Shown here piece after piece: positions 1 through 10,392 of a DNA stretch of 64,000 nucleotides. Position 1 is the stretch's first letter; the number at the start of each line of letters is the position of its first letter. The translations under genes and the position numbers were made by a program. The DNA is taken from NCBI GenBank assembly GCA_040218735.1, contig JAVJQW010000046.1, positions 160,001 through 224,000 on the forward strand, written 5' to 3'. The notes under the pieces are model-generated. The model did no database searches, had not been told where the DNA came from, and saw only the letters and a program-made list of their open reading frames with translations. This DNA comes from Deltaproteobacteria bacterium. GTDB lineage: Bacteria; Myxococcota; Kuafuiibacteriia; Kuafuiibacteriales; Kuafuiibacteriaceae.

Positions 1-636
1 GCGGTCACTCGCGCCGCTCGCGCGGGGGAGGATCGCGCCGTCCGCGACGAACGCGACGAGGCCGCGCTCGGCGAGCTGACCGCGCAGGTGGGCTTGGTCC
101 TCGACGGTGTCGACGAAGCGCTCCGCGTCGTATGCGCCGTACTCGTCGGCGAAGAGGCTGAGGCGCGCGACCGCGGGGAGGTCGTCGAGGAGGAGCGCGA
201 TCGCCTCGCGGGCGAGCACCGAGCGCCCCGCCGCGGGGAGGCCGGCGGTGATGCGCAGCTCGACGAAGTCGTCGGTGACGCACGCGGCGGTGCGTTCGAG
301 GACCTCCTGCCCGCCCGCGTCGATGCCGACCGCACCGCTCTTGCCGCTGCCGCGTCGTCCGCGACACACGTCGTGGATCACGGTCCGGGCGACGCGCGCG
401 AGGAAGTCCTCGAACGCGACGCGGCGCACGCGGTTCGCGAAGAGCGCGGGGTCGACGCCGGCGCGCTGGGTGTCGACGCGGAGCCGGAGCTTGGACGGCG
501 CGGCGAACGGGTCGCCCTGCACGTGGTCGATGAAGAGCTGCACCTCGCCGAGGTCGTATGCACCCGCGATGTCCTTGTAGGCGCGGTAGCCGCGGCGGTC
601 GATGCGACGCAGCTCGGATTCGAGAGGGGAAGACAC
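1..636 (-). CDS. ABC-class ATPase-like protein (COG3044/PF09818 type), N-terminal part; runs off the window start
   Basis: Not in the ORF track. Hand translation from GTG at 636 gives SSPLESELRRIDRRGYRAYKDIAGAYDLGEVQLFIDHVQGDPFAAPSK...FVADGAILPRASGASDR, the characteristic N-terminal motifs of this family. It starts 2 nt after the sixA stop. Confidence 0.85.
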   Translation of the reverse strand, partial: MSSPLESELRRIDRRGYRAYKDIAGAYDLGEVQLFIDHVQGDPFAAPSKLRLRVDTQRAGVDPALFANRVRRVAFEDFLARVARTVIHDVCRGRRGSGKSGAVGIDAGGQEVLERTAACVTDDFVELRITAGLPAAGRSVLAREAIALLLDDLPAVARLSLFADEYGAYDAERFVDTVEDQAHLRGQLAERGLVAFVADGAILPRASGASDR

Positions 637-638
637 GG

Positions 639-1145
639 TCAGTCGTTGATGTCGGTGACGAGGCGCGGGCCGTTCGGCTCGATGACGAACTCGAATGCGC
701 CACGACGCGTGTTTCGGTCGAACATCACCCCGAGCACGGTGCCGGGCGAGAAGGAGCGCGGGTACTCGGGCACGCGCAGCAGGGCGCTCGCGAGGATGCT
801 CATCGTGGGTTCGTGACCGACGACGAGGAGCCCTTGGACGTTGGCCGGGGACTGAGCGATCACGTCGACGAGCGCGGCGGTCGACGGGGGCTCGGCGACG
901 ATGCGGCGCGCCGCGATGCCTTCGTCGAGCCCGAGCTCGCCGGCGAGGAGCTCCGCGGTCTGCACGGCGCGCACGAGCGGGCTGGTGAGGATGTGATCGA
1001 TCTGCGGCGGCTGCGCGGCGAGGAGGCGGCCCACCTTGCGCACGGAGCGTCGCCCGATCCCGGTGAGCGAGCGTTGACCGTCCGCGACGTCGTAGCCCGG
1101 TTCCGCTTGGCCGTGACGCGCGAGGAACACCGGGAGGACACCCAT
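639..1145 (-). CDS. sixA: Phosphohistidine phosphatase SixA (histidine phosphatase family)
   Basis: RHGQA, SPLVRAVQTA and LVVGHEP motifs. ATG at 1145 is preceded 7 nt upstream by a TATCGT hexamer. Confidence 0.88.
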   Translation of the reverse strand: MGVLPVFLARHGQAEPGYDVADGQRSLTGIGRRSVRKVGRLLAAQPPQIDHILTSPLVRAVQTAELLAGELGLDEGIAARRIVAEPPSTAALVDVIAQSPANVQGLLVVGHEPTMSILASALLRVPEYPRSFSPGTVLGVMFDRNTRRGAFEFVIEPNGPRLVTDIND

Positions 1146-1193
1146 GCCGCCGACGATAGCGAAAACCGGCGCCGAGCGCATACTCTTGGTGCC

Positions 1194-2111
1194 TTGCTCT
1201 TCTGGACGCTCGTCGCAGCGCTGCCCGCGGTCGAGCTGGCGGGTCAGGTCGACGCGGCGCGCCTCGTCGCCGACGTCCAGGCGCTGCAGGCCCCGCGGAC
1301 GCGTGTCACCGGCAGCGCGGGGCTCGTCGAGGCGCAAAGCTGGCTCGAAGATCAGCTGCGTGATCTCGGGCTGTCACCTCGCCGCCAACACCTGGTCGTC
1401 GAGCACACGTTCACGGAGCGCGCGGTGGGCGCGACGAACGTCCTCGTCGAGCTCGGCGGGGAGGGGCCGCCGCTCTACCTCGTCGCGCACCTCGACTCGA
1501 AGGCGGCGCACGACGACGAGGACGCGGCGGAGGTGAAGTGGGATCCGCGGCGTGACGCGGCGCCGGGGGCCGACGACGACGCGAGCGGGTGCGCCGCGCT
1601 GCTGGAGGTGGCGCGGTTACTGCGGGACCGCGGTCGGCGTCGCGTCGTGTTGGCGTGGGTCGACGCCGAGGAGATGTCGATCATGGCCGAGGACGGGTTC
1701 ATGACGAACCTCGGCTCCGAGCCCCTCGCGCGCGAAGCGGAGGACGGCGCGCAGGCGATCTCCGTGGACATGTTGCTCCGCCCGCGGCCCTGGGGCGGCA
1801 GCCTGCGGATCTACGAAGACGGCCGCGAGGCGTCGGCGGAGCTCGCGCGCGTGCTCGTCGAGGCGTCGTGGTTGGTCGCGCCTCGAATCGAGGTGCAGCG
1901 ACGCTGGGTGCCCGACTTCACGTGGAGCGACCACGGGAGCTTCTGGGCGGAGGGGCTCGGCGCGGTGCTCCTGATCGAAGACGACTTCGAGCACGCGCGG
2001 TATCACCGCGTGACGGATCGGTTCGATCCTGAGGATGCGTTCTATTCGAGCGAACAGCTGACGGCTGCGACGCGGATGCTCGTCTCGGCGGTCGTGTTGC
2101 TCGGAGGCTGA
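1194..2111 (+). CDS. M28 family metallopeptidase, probably exported
   Basis: AHLDS, GADDDASG, DAEE, VDML, SDHGSF and YH motifs. Start is uncertain (TTG 1194 chosen within ORF 558-2111). Confidence 0.85.
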   Translation: MLFWTLVAALPAVELAGQVDAARLVADVQALQAPRTRVTGSAGLVEAQSWLEDQLRDLGLSPRRQHLVVEHTFTERAVGATNVLVELGGEGPPLYLVAHLDSKAAHDDEDAAEVKWDPRRDAAPGADDDASGCAALLEVARLLRDRGRRRVVLAWVDAEEMSIMAEDGFMTNLGSEPLAREAEDGAQAISVDMLLRPRPWGGSLRIYEDGREASAELARVLVEASWLVAPRIEVQRRWVPDFTWSDHGSFWAEGLGAVLLIEDDFEHARYHRVTDRFDPEDAFYSSEQLTAATRMLVSAVVLLGG

Positions 2112-2112
2112 C

Positions 2113-2439
2113 TCAGTTGCGCATGACGTCGATCTTGGTGGCGTCGATCGTCTTGAAGTTCTGGAAGATGGCCAGAACGATCGCGAGCGCGATGGCGGCC
2201 TCGGCCGCGGCGATCACGATGACGAACAGCGCAAAGACGTGTCCGCCGAGGGTGCCCGTCACGTAGTAGGAGAACGCGACGAGGTTGATGTTCGCGGCGT
2301 TGAGGACGAGCTCGACGCCGATGAGGACGCCGACCGCGTTGCGCCGCGTGAGGACGGTGTACGTCCCGAGCGAGAAGAGCACGGCGGCCAGGAAGAGGAA
2401 GTGCTTGAGGCCGACCTGGAGGATCGCGAGCTGGTCCAT
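2113..2439 (-). CDS. nuoK: NADH-quinone oxidoreductase subunit K
   Basis: RRNAVGVLIGVELVLNAANINLVAFS and IAAAEAAIALAI; three TM helices. Confidence 0.96.
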   Translation of the reverse strand: MDQLAILQVGLKHFLFLAAVLFSLGTYTVLTRRNAVGVLIGVELVLNAANINLVAFSYYVTGTLGGHVFALFVIVIAAAEAAIALAIVLAIFQNFKTIDATKIDVMRN

Positions 2440-2969
2440 TAGTCCTTCATCTCCTTGCGGGCCATGACCACCGCGCCGACGAGCGAGCCGAGGATCACCA
2501 CGGAGAGGATCTCGAACGGGAGCAGGTAGGTCGAAAGCAGGAGGTCACCCAGCGGGGCGGTGGTCTCGAAGCGCGAGGTCACCGGCAGGGTCTTCCAGTC
2601 CGTCGAGACGGCGACGTAGGCGAGCATCCCGAACACGCCGAGGGAAACGACGGCGGCGGGTTGGGCGCCGACGACCGGGTTCGAGCCCTCGACCTCCGTG
2701 ATGCGGTTCGTGAGCATCACCGCAAACAGGAAGAGCACCAAGATTCCGCCGACGTAGACGATCAGCTGGGTGATCGCGAGGTAGTCGGCCGACAGCCACG
2801 CGAACAGCGCCGCGACGCCGAACAGGGCCGCGAGCAGGGCGAACGCCGAGTAAACGAGGTTCTTGGAGAACGCGGCGCCGGCCGCGCCCACTCCGGCGAG
2901 CGTGGCGAACAGGAACCAGACCTGATCGCTCAGCCGGATCACTTCGAAGACGTCCGCTACTGGGCTCAT
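2439..2969 (-). CDS. nuoJ: NADH-quinone oxidoreductase subunit J
   Basis: QLIVYVGGILVLFLFAVMLT and YLLPFEILSV; its stop overlaps the nuoK start. Confidence 0.95.
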   Translation of the reverse strand: MSPVADVFEVIRLSDQVWFLFATLAGVGAAGAAFSKNLVYSAFALLAALFGVAALFAWLSADYLAITQLIVYVGGILVLFLFAVMLTNRITEVEGSNPVVGAQPAAVVSLGVFGMLAYVAVSTDWKTLPVTSRFETTAPLGDLLLSTYLLPFEILSVVILGSLVGAVVMARKEMKD

Positions 2970-2979
2970 GAGCGCGCGG

Positions 2980-3009
2980 ACGCTAACAGAGCCTCGGCGA
3001 CGGCGGCAA
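2980..3009 (-). promoter_or_regulatory. Putative sigma70 promoter of nuoJK
   Basis: Minus strand TTGCCG-N18-TAGCGT with an extended TG, 10 nt before the ATG; no Shine-Dalgarno. Confidence 0.5.
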
Positions 3010-3043
3010 TGACAAACGGCCGGGGACGTCTATGATGCCAACC

Positions 3044-3790
3044 GTGCGGAAAAACACCGCGATCGGGCTCTGTGCGGCGCTGTCGACCGCCCTCGCGGGC
3101 TGCTACGGGCACCACCTGACGCCCGCCGCGAGCCCCCCGAAGGCCGGCGCGGCACGGCCGCCGCTCGTGGCCCCGATGCAGGGCCACTACACGATCGAGC
3201 GCGACGGCGAGCGGATCGGCGACGAGCGCTTCACGGTGACCTCGAGCGCGGGCGTGTGGCGCGTCGAGGGCGAGGTGAAGCTCGAGAGCCCGACCGCGTC
3301 CGTGCACGGCTACGTCTTGGAGATCGACGAGGCCACGGCCGAGCCGCAGCGATTTCACGTTTGGTTCGAGCTGTACGGCGCGCGCCGCGAGGCGACCGGG
3401 CGGCGTACGGAGGACGGTTTCATTCACGTCGAGACCACGGGCATCGGCGGCACGCGCACGAAGGAGGTGCCGTACGCGGCGGGCACGGCGATCGCGTACG
3501 ACTCGCCGCTGTTCGCGACGATGGCGCTGAGCCTCCTCGTCGGATCGATGCAGCCCGAAAGCCCGGTCGCGGTGCGCACGATCCTCCTGCCGCTCCCGGA
3601 CCTCGCGCCGACGGTGCTGCTCACGACCTACCGCCTCGAAGCGCGCGAAGGTGCGATCGCCAAGGTCGTCGTCGAGCGCCCGCGCACCAAGCTGCCGGTG
3701 GCGTTGTGGGTTCGCGACGACGGGTTGCCGGTGCGGGTCAGGACGTTCGTCGCGCGCGGCGCGCCGCCGATCGAGAGACGCCTCGAATGA
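3044..3790 (+). CDS. Hypothetical lipoprotein
   Basis: Lipobox LAGC and a beta-rich body. GTG 3044 lies 7 nt after TATGAT (the ORF track starts at 3032). Confidence 0.75.
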   Translation: MRKNTAIGLCAALSTALAGCYGHHLTPAASPPKAGAARPPLVAPMQGHYTIERDGERIGDERFTVTSSAGVWRVEGEVKLESPTASVHGYVLEIDEATAEPQRFHVWFELYGARREATGRRTEDGFIHVETTGIGGTRTKEVPYAAGTAIAYDSPLFATMALSLLVGSMQPESPVAVRTILLPLPDLAPTVLLTTYRLEAREGAIAKVVVERPRTKLPVALWVRDDGLPVRVRTFVARGAPPIERRLE

Positions 3791-3868
3791 GGCTGCGTCG
3801 ACGTTCCACATTTTACCACGCGAGAAGGTAGCTGGGCACGGTCGGATCCGGGGCGTACCCCCGGCGGC

Positions 3869-4621
3869 ATGCTTCACGTCGAAGAATGGGGCGAAGGCCC
3901 CCCGCTCCTCCTCCTCCACGGCATGACCGGCGCGGGCGCCGACTGGCGCTACGTGTTCGATCGCGACGCGCTCGGGGCCGCGTGGCACGTGCTCGCCCCG
4001 GACCTCCGGGGGCACGGCCAATCCGACAACCCGAGTGGGACGTTCTCGCTGAGCGCGTGCGCCGATGATGTCGCGGAGCTGCTCGATGCGCGCGGGATCG
4101 ACCAGGTGCGCGGGATCGGCTTCAGCCTCGGGGGCAACGTGCTCCTGCACCTCGCGCTGCGAGCCCGTGTCAGGGCGATGGTCGTCGCGGGCGCGCTCGG
4201 CTACTTCCCACCGACGGCGCGCGGGATCATGCGGTCGATGACGGAGGCCTCGCGGACGCAGGCCGAGTGGGCGGAAGCGCGCGCGCGCCACGGCGACGAC
4301 GATCGTGTCCGCGCGCTGTGGTCGTACGTCCGGACCATGGCCGACGCGTCCGAGGACTTCGCGCCGCCATCCGACGGTGACTCACGAGCTGGTCCCGCGC
4401 ACCTGTGCGGCTGGCGGTCCGTCGCGGCGCGCACGTTGATCGTCGCGGGGGATCGCGACCCGCTGTACCCCGCGCGCCACTTCCTCGAGATGTACGAGGC
4501 GGTCGAAGACGTCGCGCTGTGGATCGTCCCGAACGCTGGCCACGAGGTTCCGTTCGTGGAGCCCACGTTCGGCGAGCGCGCGCTCGCTTTCCTCACCGCT
4601 CAGCCCGAAGGCCGCCGGTAG
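3869..4621 (+). CDS. Alpha/beta fold hydrolase
   Basis: LLLLHG, PDLRGHGQS, GFSLGG nucleophile elbow, GDRD and PNAGH. Confidence 0.9.
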   Translation: MLHVEEWGEGPPLLLLHGMTGAGADWRYVFDRDALGAAWHVLAPDLRGHGQSDNPSGTFSLSACADDVAELLDARGIDQVRGIGFSLGGNVLLHLALRARVRAMVVAGALGYFPPTARGIMRSMTEASRTQAEWAEARARHGDDDRVRALWSYVRTMADASEDFAPPSDGDSRAGPAHLCGWRSVAARTLIVAGDRDPLYPARHFLEMYEAVEDVALWIVPNAGHEVPFVEPTFGERALAFLTAQPEGRR

Positions 4622-4977
4622 CGCAACACCACGCGCACGTCTTCGAGCGGCGCGGGATCGGCTTCGTCGCGGACGAACTGCCAACGGCGGATCGATGCGA
4701 GCGCGCTCGCGTCGAACACGCGCGGTGGTGCGGACTCGACGACGCGCTCCTGTTCGACCTGACCGTCGACCCCGACGGTGAACGCGACGCAGACCCAGCC
4801 TTCGACGCCGCGGTGGTAGGCGCCCGGCGGATAACGCGGCGGCACGCGGCGGAGCGCGCGCGTGAGGCGCCGGTCCGCGGCGATTCGACGCTCGGTGCAC
4901 CCCGTGTCTCTCGGGGCGATCGAACGTTGGGGCGCGGTGCAGGCGACGAGGAACAACGGGAGCAAGGCGATTCGCAC
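4600..4977 (-). CDS. Small lipoprotein with a TonB C-terminal domain
   Basis: Lipobox LVAC; PRYPPGA..GVEGWVCVAFTVGVDGQV..VVESAP..FDASAL.SIRRWQF is a TonB_C signature. Confidence 0.8.
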   Translation of the reverse strand: MRIALLPLFLVACTAPQRSIAPRDTGCTERRIAADRRLTRALRRVPPRYPPGAYHRGVEGWVCVAFTVGVDGQVEQERVVESAPPRVFDASALASIRRWQFVRDEADPAPLEDVRVVLRYRRPSG

Positions 4978-5029
4978 ATCGACCTGTGCGGCGAACGTGC
5001 TCGGTCCTTACGGGGGTCGGTTCGACGAT

Positions 5030-6367
5030 TCAGTTCGCGTCGAGCATCGCGACGCGGTTTGCGTCGGCCTGGGCGCCGCTCGCGTCGCCGGCGGCGCGGC
5101 GGAGCTCGGGCACGAAGATCGCGGCGCCTTCGGCTTTGGCGGTGGCGCGGTCGAGGTGCTCGAGCAGCTCGGCGGCGGAGAGATCCGGCGGCGCGCAGAC
5201 GATGCCCCGCACGATGTGGTGCATCTTCGGGTCGTGCGCGGCGTGATCGACGTCCGGGTTCATCCAGCACCCGCGACACAGCGTCACGTACTGCTCGGAG
5301 TGCGCGTACACCACGGCGTCGCGCGGGAGATCGGTCGATAGGTTCGCGAGCTGCTGCGCTTCGGTCTGCGTACCGGCGAAGCCGTAGCGCCGGTACCCGT
5401 TGCGCGCGAGCGTCGCGAGGTGCGGGAACACGGCGACCTTGCCGTCACCGTACTTGTGAAACGTGATCGGCGCGCCGTCGAACAGGATCACGTCGCCGTA
5501 GTCGACGCCGAGCGCCTCCTTGTAGACGACCGACCGGATGATGCCGTGGCAGGGGCTCAGGCGCTCCAGCCACACCGTCTCTTCCTCGCCCGGCACCTGC
5601 GCTTCCGCCCGGGTGCGCTCGGCGAGCGGGCGCTGCGCGAGCCGGACCTTCATCGCGGGGTACGAGCCCTCCGGCAGGCCGCTGCCCGCGAGCTCGACCT
5701 TCTGGTCGATGCTGCGCCACATCTCGAGCGCCTTCACGCCGTCCCCGGCCCCTGTCGCGCAGATCCCGAGGTTCCACCGGACGGAGTCGTTGTCGTGGCC
5801 TCCCAAATCGAACGCACGCTGGTTGGCCGCTTGCCCCTCCGCGAACCGCCCACGTGTCTTCAGGAACAGCCCGTAGTCGTAGTGCAGCGCCCAGTCGTCG
5901 TCGTGCGCCGCCACCCGGGTCTTCAGCGCGCGCTCCACGACGTCGTCCCACGTCCGTCCGAGCACACGCCCGACCGTCGCCAGGCCACCGAGGACGGTGA
6001 ACTGAATCGGTCCCTTCGTCCGTGTCGCCAGCACCTTCAGGCGCTCCGCGACCTCGACGAACACCGGTGCTACCGCCGGCGCACCGTTGAGGTCGTCGAT
6101 GTCGTGCACCGTCTCGAGCACGTTGCCGACGGCCGCCACGACGTCGGGCCGATCCTCGTGCGCCGCGAACACGGCCTCGAGCGCTTCCGCGGCGTCCTCG
6201 CGCGCGAGCAGCTGACGCTCCACGATCCCGAGCAGCGCACCGACCGCGTCGAGGTCTTCCTCTTGGAGCGGGAGCAGCGCCGCCGCAGCCTGCCACGCCT
6301 GGTCGGAGGCCCCTTCCGCCGCGTGAGCCTTCACGCGCTCGACGATCTCGGCGATCTCGGCGCTCAC
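5030..6367 (-). CDS. TPR-repeat protein
   Basis: TPR-like segments HYDYGLFLKTRGRFAEG and RWNLGICATGAG; CxxC near the C-terminus. GTG 6367 overlaps the upstream stop. Confidence 0.75.
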   Translation of the reverse strand: MSAEIAEIVERVKAHAAEGASDQAWQAAAALLPLQEEDLDAVGALLGIVERQLLAREDAAEALEAVFAAHEDRPDVVAAVGNVLETVHDIDDLNGAPAVAPVFVEVAERLKVLATRTKGPIQFTVLGGLATVGRVLGRTWDDVVERALKTRVAAHDDDWALHYDYGLFLKTRGRFAEGQAANQRAFDLGGHDNDSVRWNLGICATGAGDGVKALEMWRSIDQKVELAGSGLPEGSYPAMKVRLAQRPLAERTRAEAQVPGEEETVWLERLSPCHGIIRSVVYKEALGVDYGDVILFDGAPITFHKYGDGKVAVFPHLATLARNGYRRYGFAGTQTEAQQLANLSTDLPRDAVVYAHSEQYVTLCRGCWMNPDVDHAAHDPKMHHIVRGIVCAPPDLSAAELLEHLDRATAKAEGAAIFVPELRRAAGDASGAQADANRVAMLDAN

Positions 6368-6786
6368 TCGGGCATCGGCTTCTTGGCGTCTTGGAGCGCC
6401 TCGGTGATCGCGTCGAGCATCGCCGCCTCCTTGTCGGAGGAGTGATACGTCGACGTCCAGCCCGCGGCGCCGTCGACCAGCTCGCGGTCCTGTGCTTCGT
6501 GGCGGCAATAGATCGTCAGCGCGCCTTCGTCGTCGTCACGCTCCCAGCTGATGACGTAGCGCTCGCGCATCGCGTCGATCGACGTACGCGTGAACGTCCA
6601 CTCCGTGACGATCTGGTGCTTCGCTTGGTCCCAATTCGCGATCGCGAGGCTGCGCTCGTCGAGCGCGCGGGTGATCGCGGGCGGTGCGTCGTCGGGGTCG
6701 GCGCGATAGCTGCGCCAGGAGGCTGGGAGGACGTAGGCGCACGCCGCCGCCGAGAGCAGGAGGAGGGCGGCGAGCGCGCGTCGCAT
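6364..6786 (-). CDS. Hypothetical lipoprotein
   Basis: MRRALAALLLLSAAAC lipobox; starts 8 nt after the atpA stop. Confidence 0.7.
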   Translation of the reverse strand: MRRALAALLLLSAAACAYVLPASWRSYRADPDDAPPAITRALDERSLAIANWDQAKHQIVTEWTFTRTSIDAMRERYVISWERDDDEGALTIYCRHEAQDRELVDGAAGWTSTYHSSDKEAAMLDAITEALQDAKKPMPE

Positions 6787-6794
6787 CGGGCGCC

Positions 6795-8363
<1,569 letters not shown>

Positions 8364-8372
8364 CGTGGCGGC

Positions 8373-8401
8373 GAGGTAACGAACCCCTGCCGGAAAATCA
8401 A
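8373..8401 (-). promoter_or_regulatory. Putative sigma70 promoter of stand-alone atpA
   Basis: Minus strand TTGATT-N17-TACCTC, 9 nt before the ATG; no SD. Confidence 0.55.
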
Positions 8402-8426
8402 CCGAAACCGCGACCCGAACGCGCGC

Positions 8427-9080
8427 TCAGTAGCCGATGTAGATCGAGGCCGTCATGGAGATGCCGTCGAGGTTGTTCACGTCACGTCCGTTCATGAGGA
8501 GACCCCCACCCACAGCGCCTCCGAGCACCACGGCGTCGAGGTCGTCCTCCAGCCCGATCTGCGCCCCCAGGAAGAAGACACCGTCCCCGTTGCGGCGAAT
8601 CCCGGGCTCTCCGCTGAACCCGTCGCCCTCGGCGTGCATGTCCGACAGGAACTCGAGCTTGGGGCCGACGTAGGGCCTGACCCCGGTCCCCTCGTAGACC
8701 AGCAGCGGCGCCACCGTGACGCGGTGGATCGTGATGTTCGAGCGCTGGGTCAGCCGGAACCGCAGCAGCTCGCCGCCGCCCGCGAGCACGACGCGTAGCT
8801 TGTCCGACGCTCGGATGTGCAGCCGCAGCTCCCCCAGCGCACCGTAGGCGACGCTCTCGAAGACCGGGAGTGTCACCGTCGCGCCGAGCGTCACGTCGAA
8901 GAAGTCGATCGGTGCGAACCGAAACCACGCCGTGAGCTCGGGATCGGCCTCGATCCCCGGACCGGTGAAGCTCCCGCCGACCATGTAGTCGAAGGTCTCG
9001 AGCTGCTTCACGGGGCGGACCCCCGAGACACACCCGGTCCCCAGCGCGAGGCAGCCCAACAGCAGAACGAGGCGCCGCAT
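8427..9080 (-). CDS. Hypothetical lipoprotein, outer-membrane beta-barrel-like
   Basis: MRRLVLLLGCLALGTGC lipobox; alternating beta strands; aromatic C-terminus SIYIGY. Confidence 0.7.
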   Translation of the reverse strand: MRRLVLLLGCLALGTGCVSGVRPVKQLETFDYMVGGSFTGPGIEADPELTAWFRFAPIDFFDVTLGATVTLPVFESVAYGALGELRLHIRASDKLRVVLAGGGELLRFRLTQRSNITIHRVTVAPLLVYEGTGVRPYVGPKLEFLSDMHAEGDGFSGEPGIRRNGDGVFFLGAQIGLEDDLDAVVLGGAVGGGLLMNGRDVNNLDGISMTASIYIGY

Positions 9081-9763
9081 CAGAACCGCCCTCCGATCAG
9101 GAAAGAGGTGCGGTCGGAGCTGATGTCGACGGAGGGCACGATCTCGACCTCGTCGACGTACGCCAGGACCAGGCCGTCGATCAGCAGCGCCGCGGCCGCG
9201 CCGAGCAACAACCCGGCGATCGCGATGCCCCCCGAGTCCGAGTCCCCGGCGATCGGGAGCCCGACGATCAACAGCCCTAGGCTCCCCACGAGCGGCGTCC
9301 CCGCGTTCAGCGCGATCGACGCGAGCCCCTCCTCGAAGTTGCCGTACGCCCAGTGCACCGCGGTCGGCCCGAGCAGGTAGGTCGTGATCCCCGCGTAGAT
9401 GAGCAGCGCGCTCTCCGAGAAGCCGCCGCCCACCGCGACGCCGAGCCCGAGCAGACCGAGCGCCACGTTGCCGATGCCGTACGAGATCCGTTCGTCCCCC
9501 TCCAGCTTGCGCATCTTCGGCTGGGGCTTCGCGGGCGGCGGCGCCGGCGGTGGCGCCTCGACCTCGATCCGCGGCGCGCCCGGCTCCGCCTCGGGCTCGG
9601 GCGCCTCTTCGGGCTCGTTCACGAACAGCTCGCCCGGTCCGAGGGGCGGCGTGTCGGGGGAGACGAACGTGATGTCCGGGGTGTCGACGACGGTCGCGGT
9701 GGTCGTCGTCGAGACCTGGGGCACCGCCGCGACGGTCCACGCGGCGATCAAGGGGAGCAGCAT
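9080..9763 (-). CDS. Hypothetical secreted/membrane protein
   Basis: Signal peptide MLLPLIAAWTVAA, Pro-rich linker, Gly-rich hydrophobic helices, ends FLIGGRF. Confidence 0.7.
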   Translation of the reverse strand: MLLPLIAAWTVAAVPQVSTTTTATVVDTPDITFVSPDTPPLGPGELFVNEPEEAPEPEAEPGAPRIEVEAPPPAPPPAKPQPKMRKLEGDERISYGIGNVALGLLGLGVAVGGGFSESALLIYAGITTYLLGPTAVHWAYGNFEEGLASIALNAGTPLVGSLGLLIVGLPIAGDSDSGGIAIAGLLLGAAAALLIDGLVLAYVDEVEIVPSVDISSDRTSFLIGGRF

Positions 9764-9977
9764 CGCGCGCCCCCTCTCTGCACGACGGGTGCCGCACGCG
9801 CGGACGGGGCACGCGCCCCTCGATCCGCCCCACACCCTGACGCGGACGCCTTCGTCCCGTGACGCGCTCGCCCCACCGAACCGCAAGGCGACGACGAATC
9901 GAGCCGGCGCGCAAGCGCGTGACCGACGTCATCGGTGTTGTCGCCGTGTAATCGGCGCTGCGGGGCCTATTGCGTAG

Positions 9978-10392
9978 GCTGGTCGGGATGCACGCCGGCC
10001 CCGTCACGAGCTGCGCGCCGGGGCTGACTACCTCTCTCGCCTCGGCTACTTCGGCGCCGAGCAGGGGGCCGCGATCGATCTCCTCCGTCGCGCCGCGCCC
10101 GACCTCGGCCCCGACGCCGTGCTCGACGGCCCCGTCACCGTGCCGTCCCGTACACAGATCGCGCAGCACGCTGCACAGTTCGCCGCCGACGTGTTCGCCG
10201 CCCCCTCGGCGCCCGTCGCCGACGCGCCCGAGGGGGCGCCGCGTGTCATCCACCGCCCCCGCGCGCGCCCGCCGCGCCGCGACCGCGAGCCGCATGTCAC
10301 CCGAGCGGCAGACCGCGCGCATTCGCGATCTGACTCAGCGCCGCGACGCGCTCACTTCACGAGGTCCTTCGCGACCCGTTCACACATCGTGA
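9978..10392 (+). pseudogene. Possible degenerate or frameshifted coding remnant
   Basis: Protein-like frame ADYLSRLGYFGAEQGAAIDLLRRAAPDLGPDAVLDG... has an in-frame TAG at 9975 and no start codon at its 5' end; it appears to continue in another frame (SPERQTARIRDLTQRRDAL). Confidence 0.25.
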
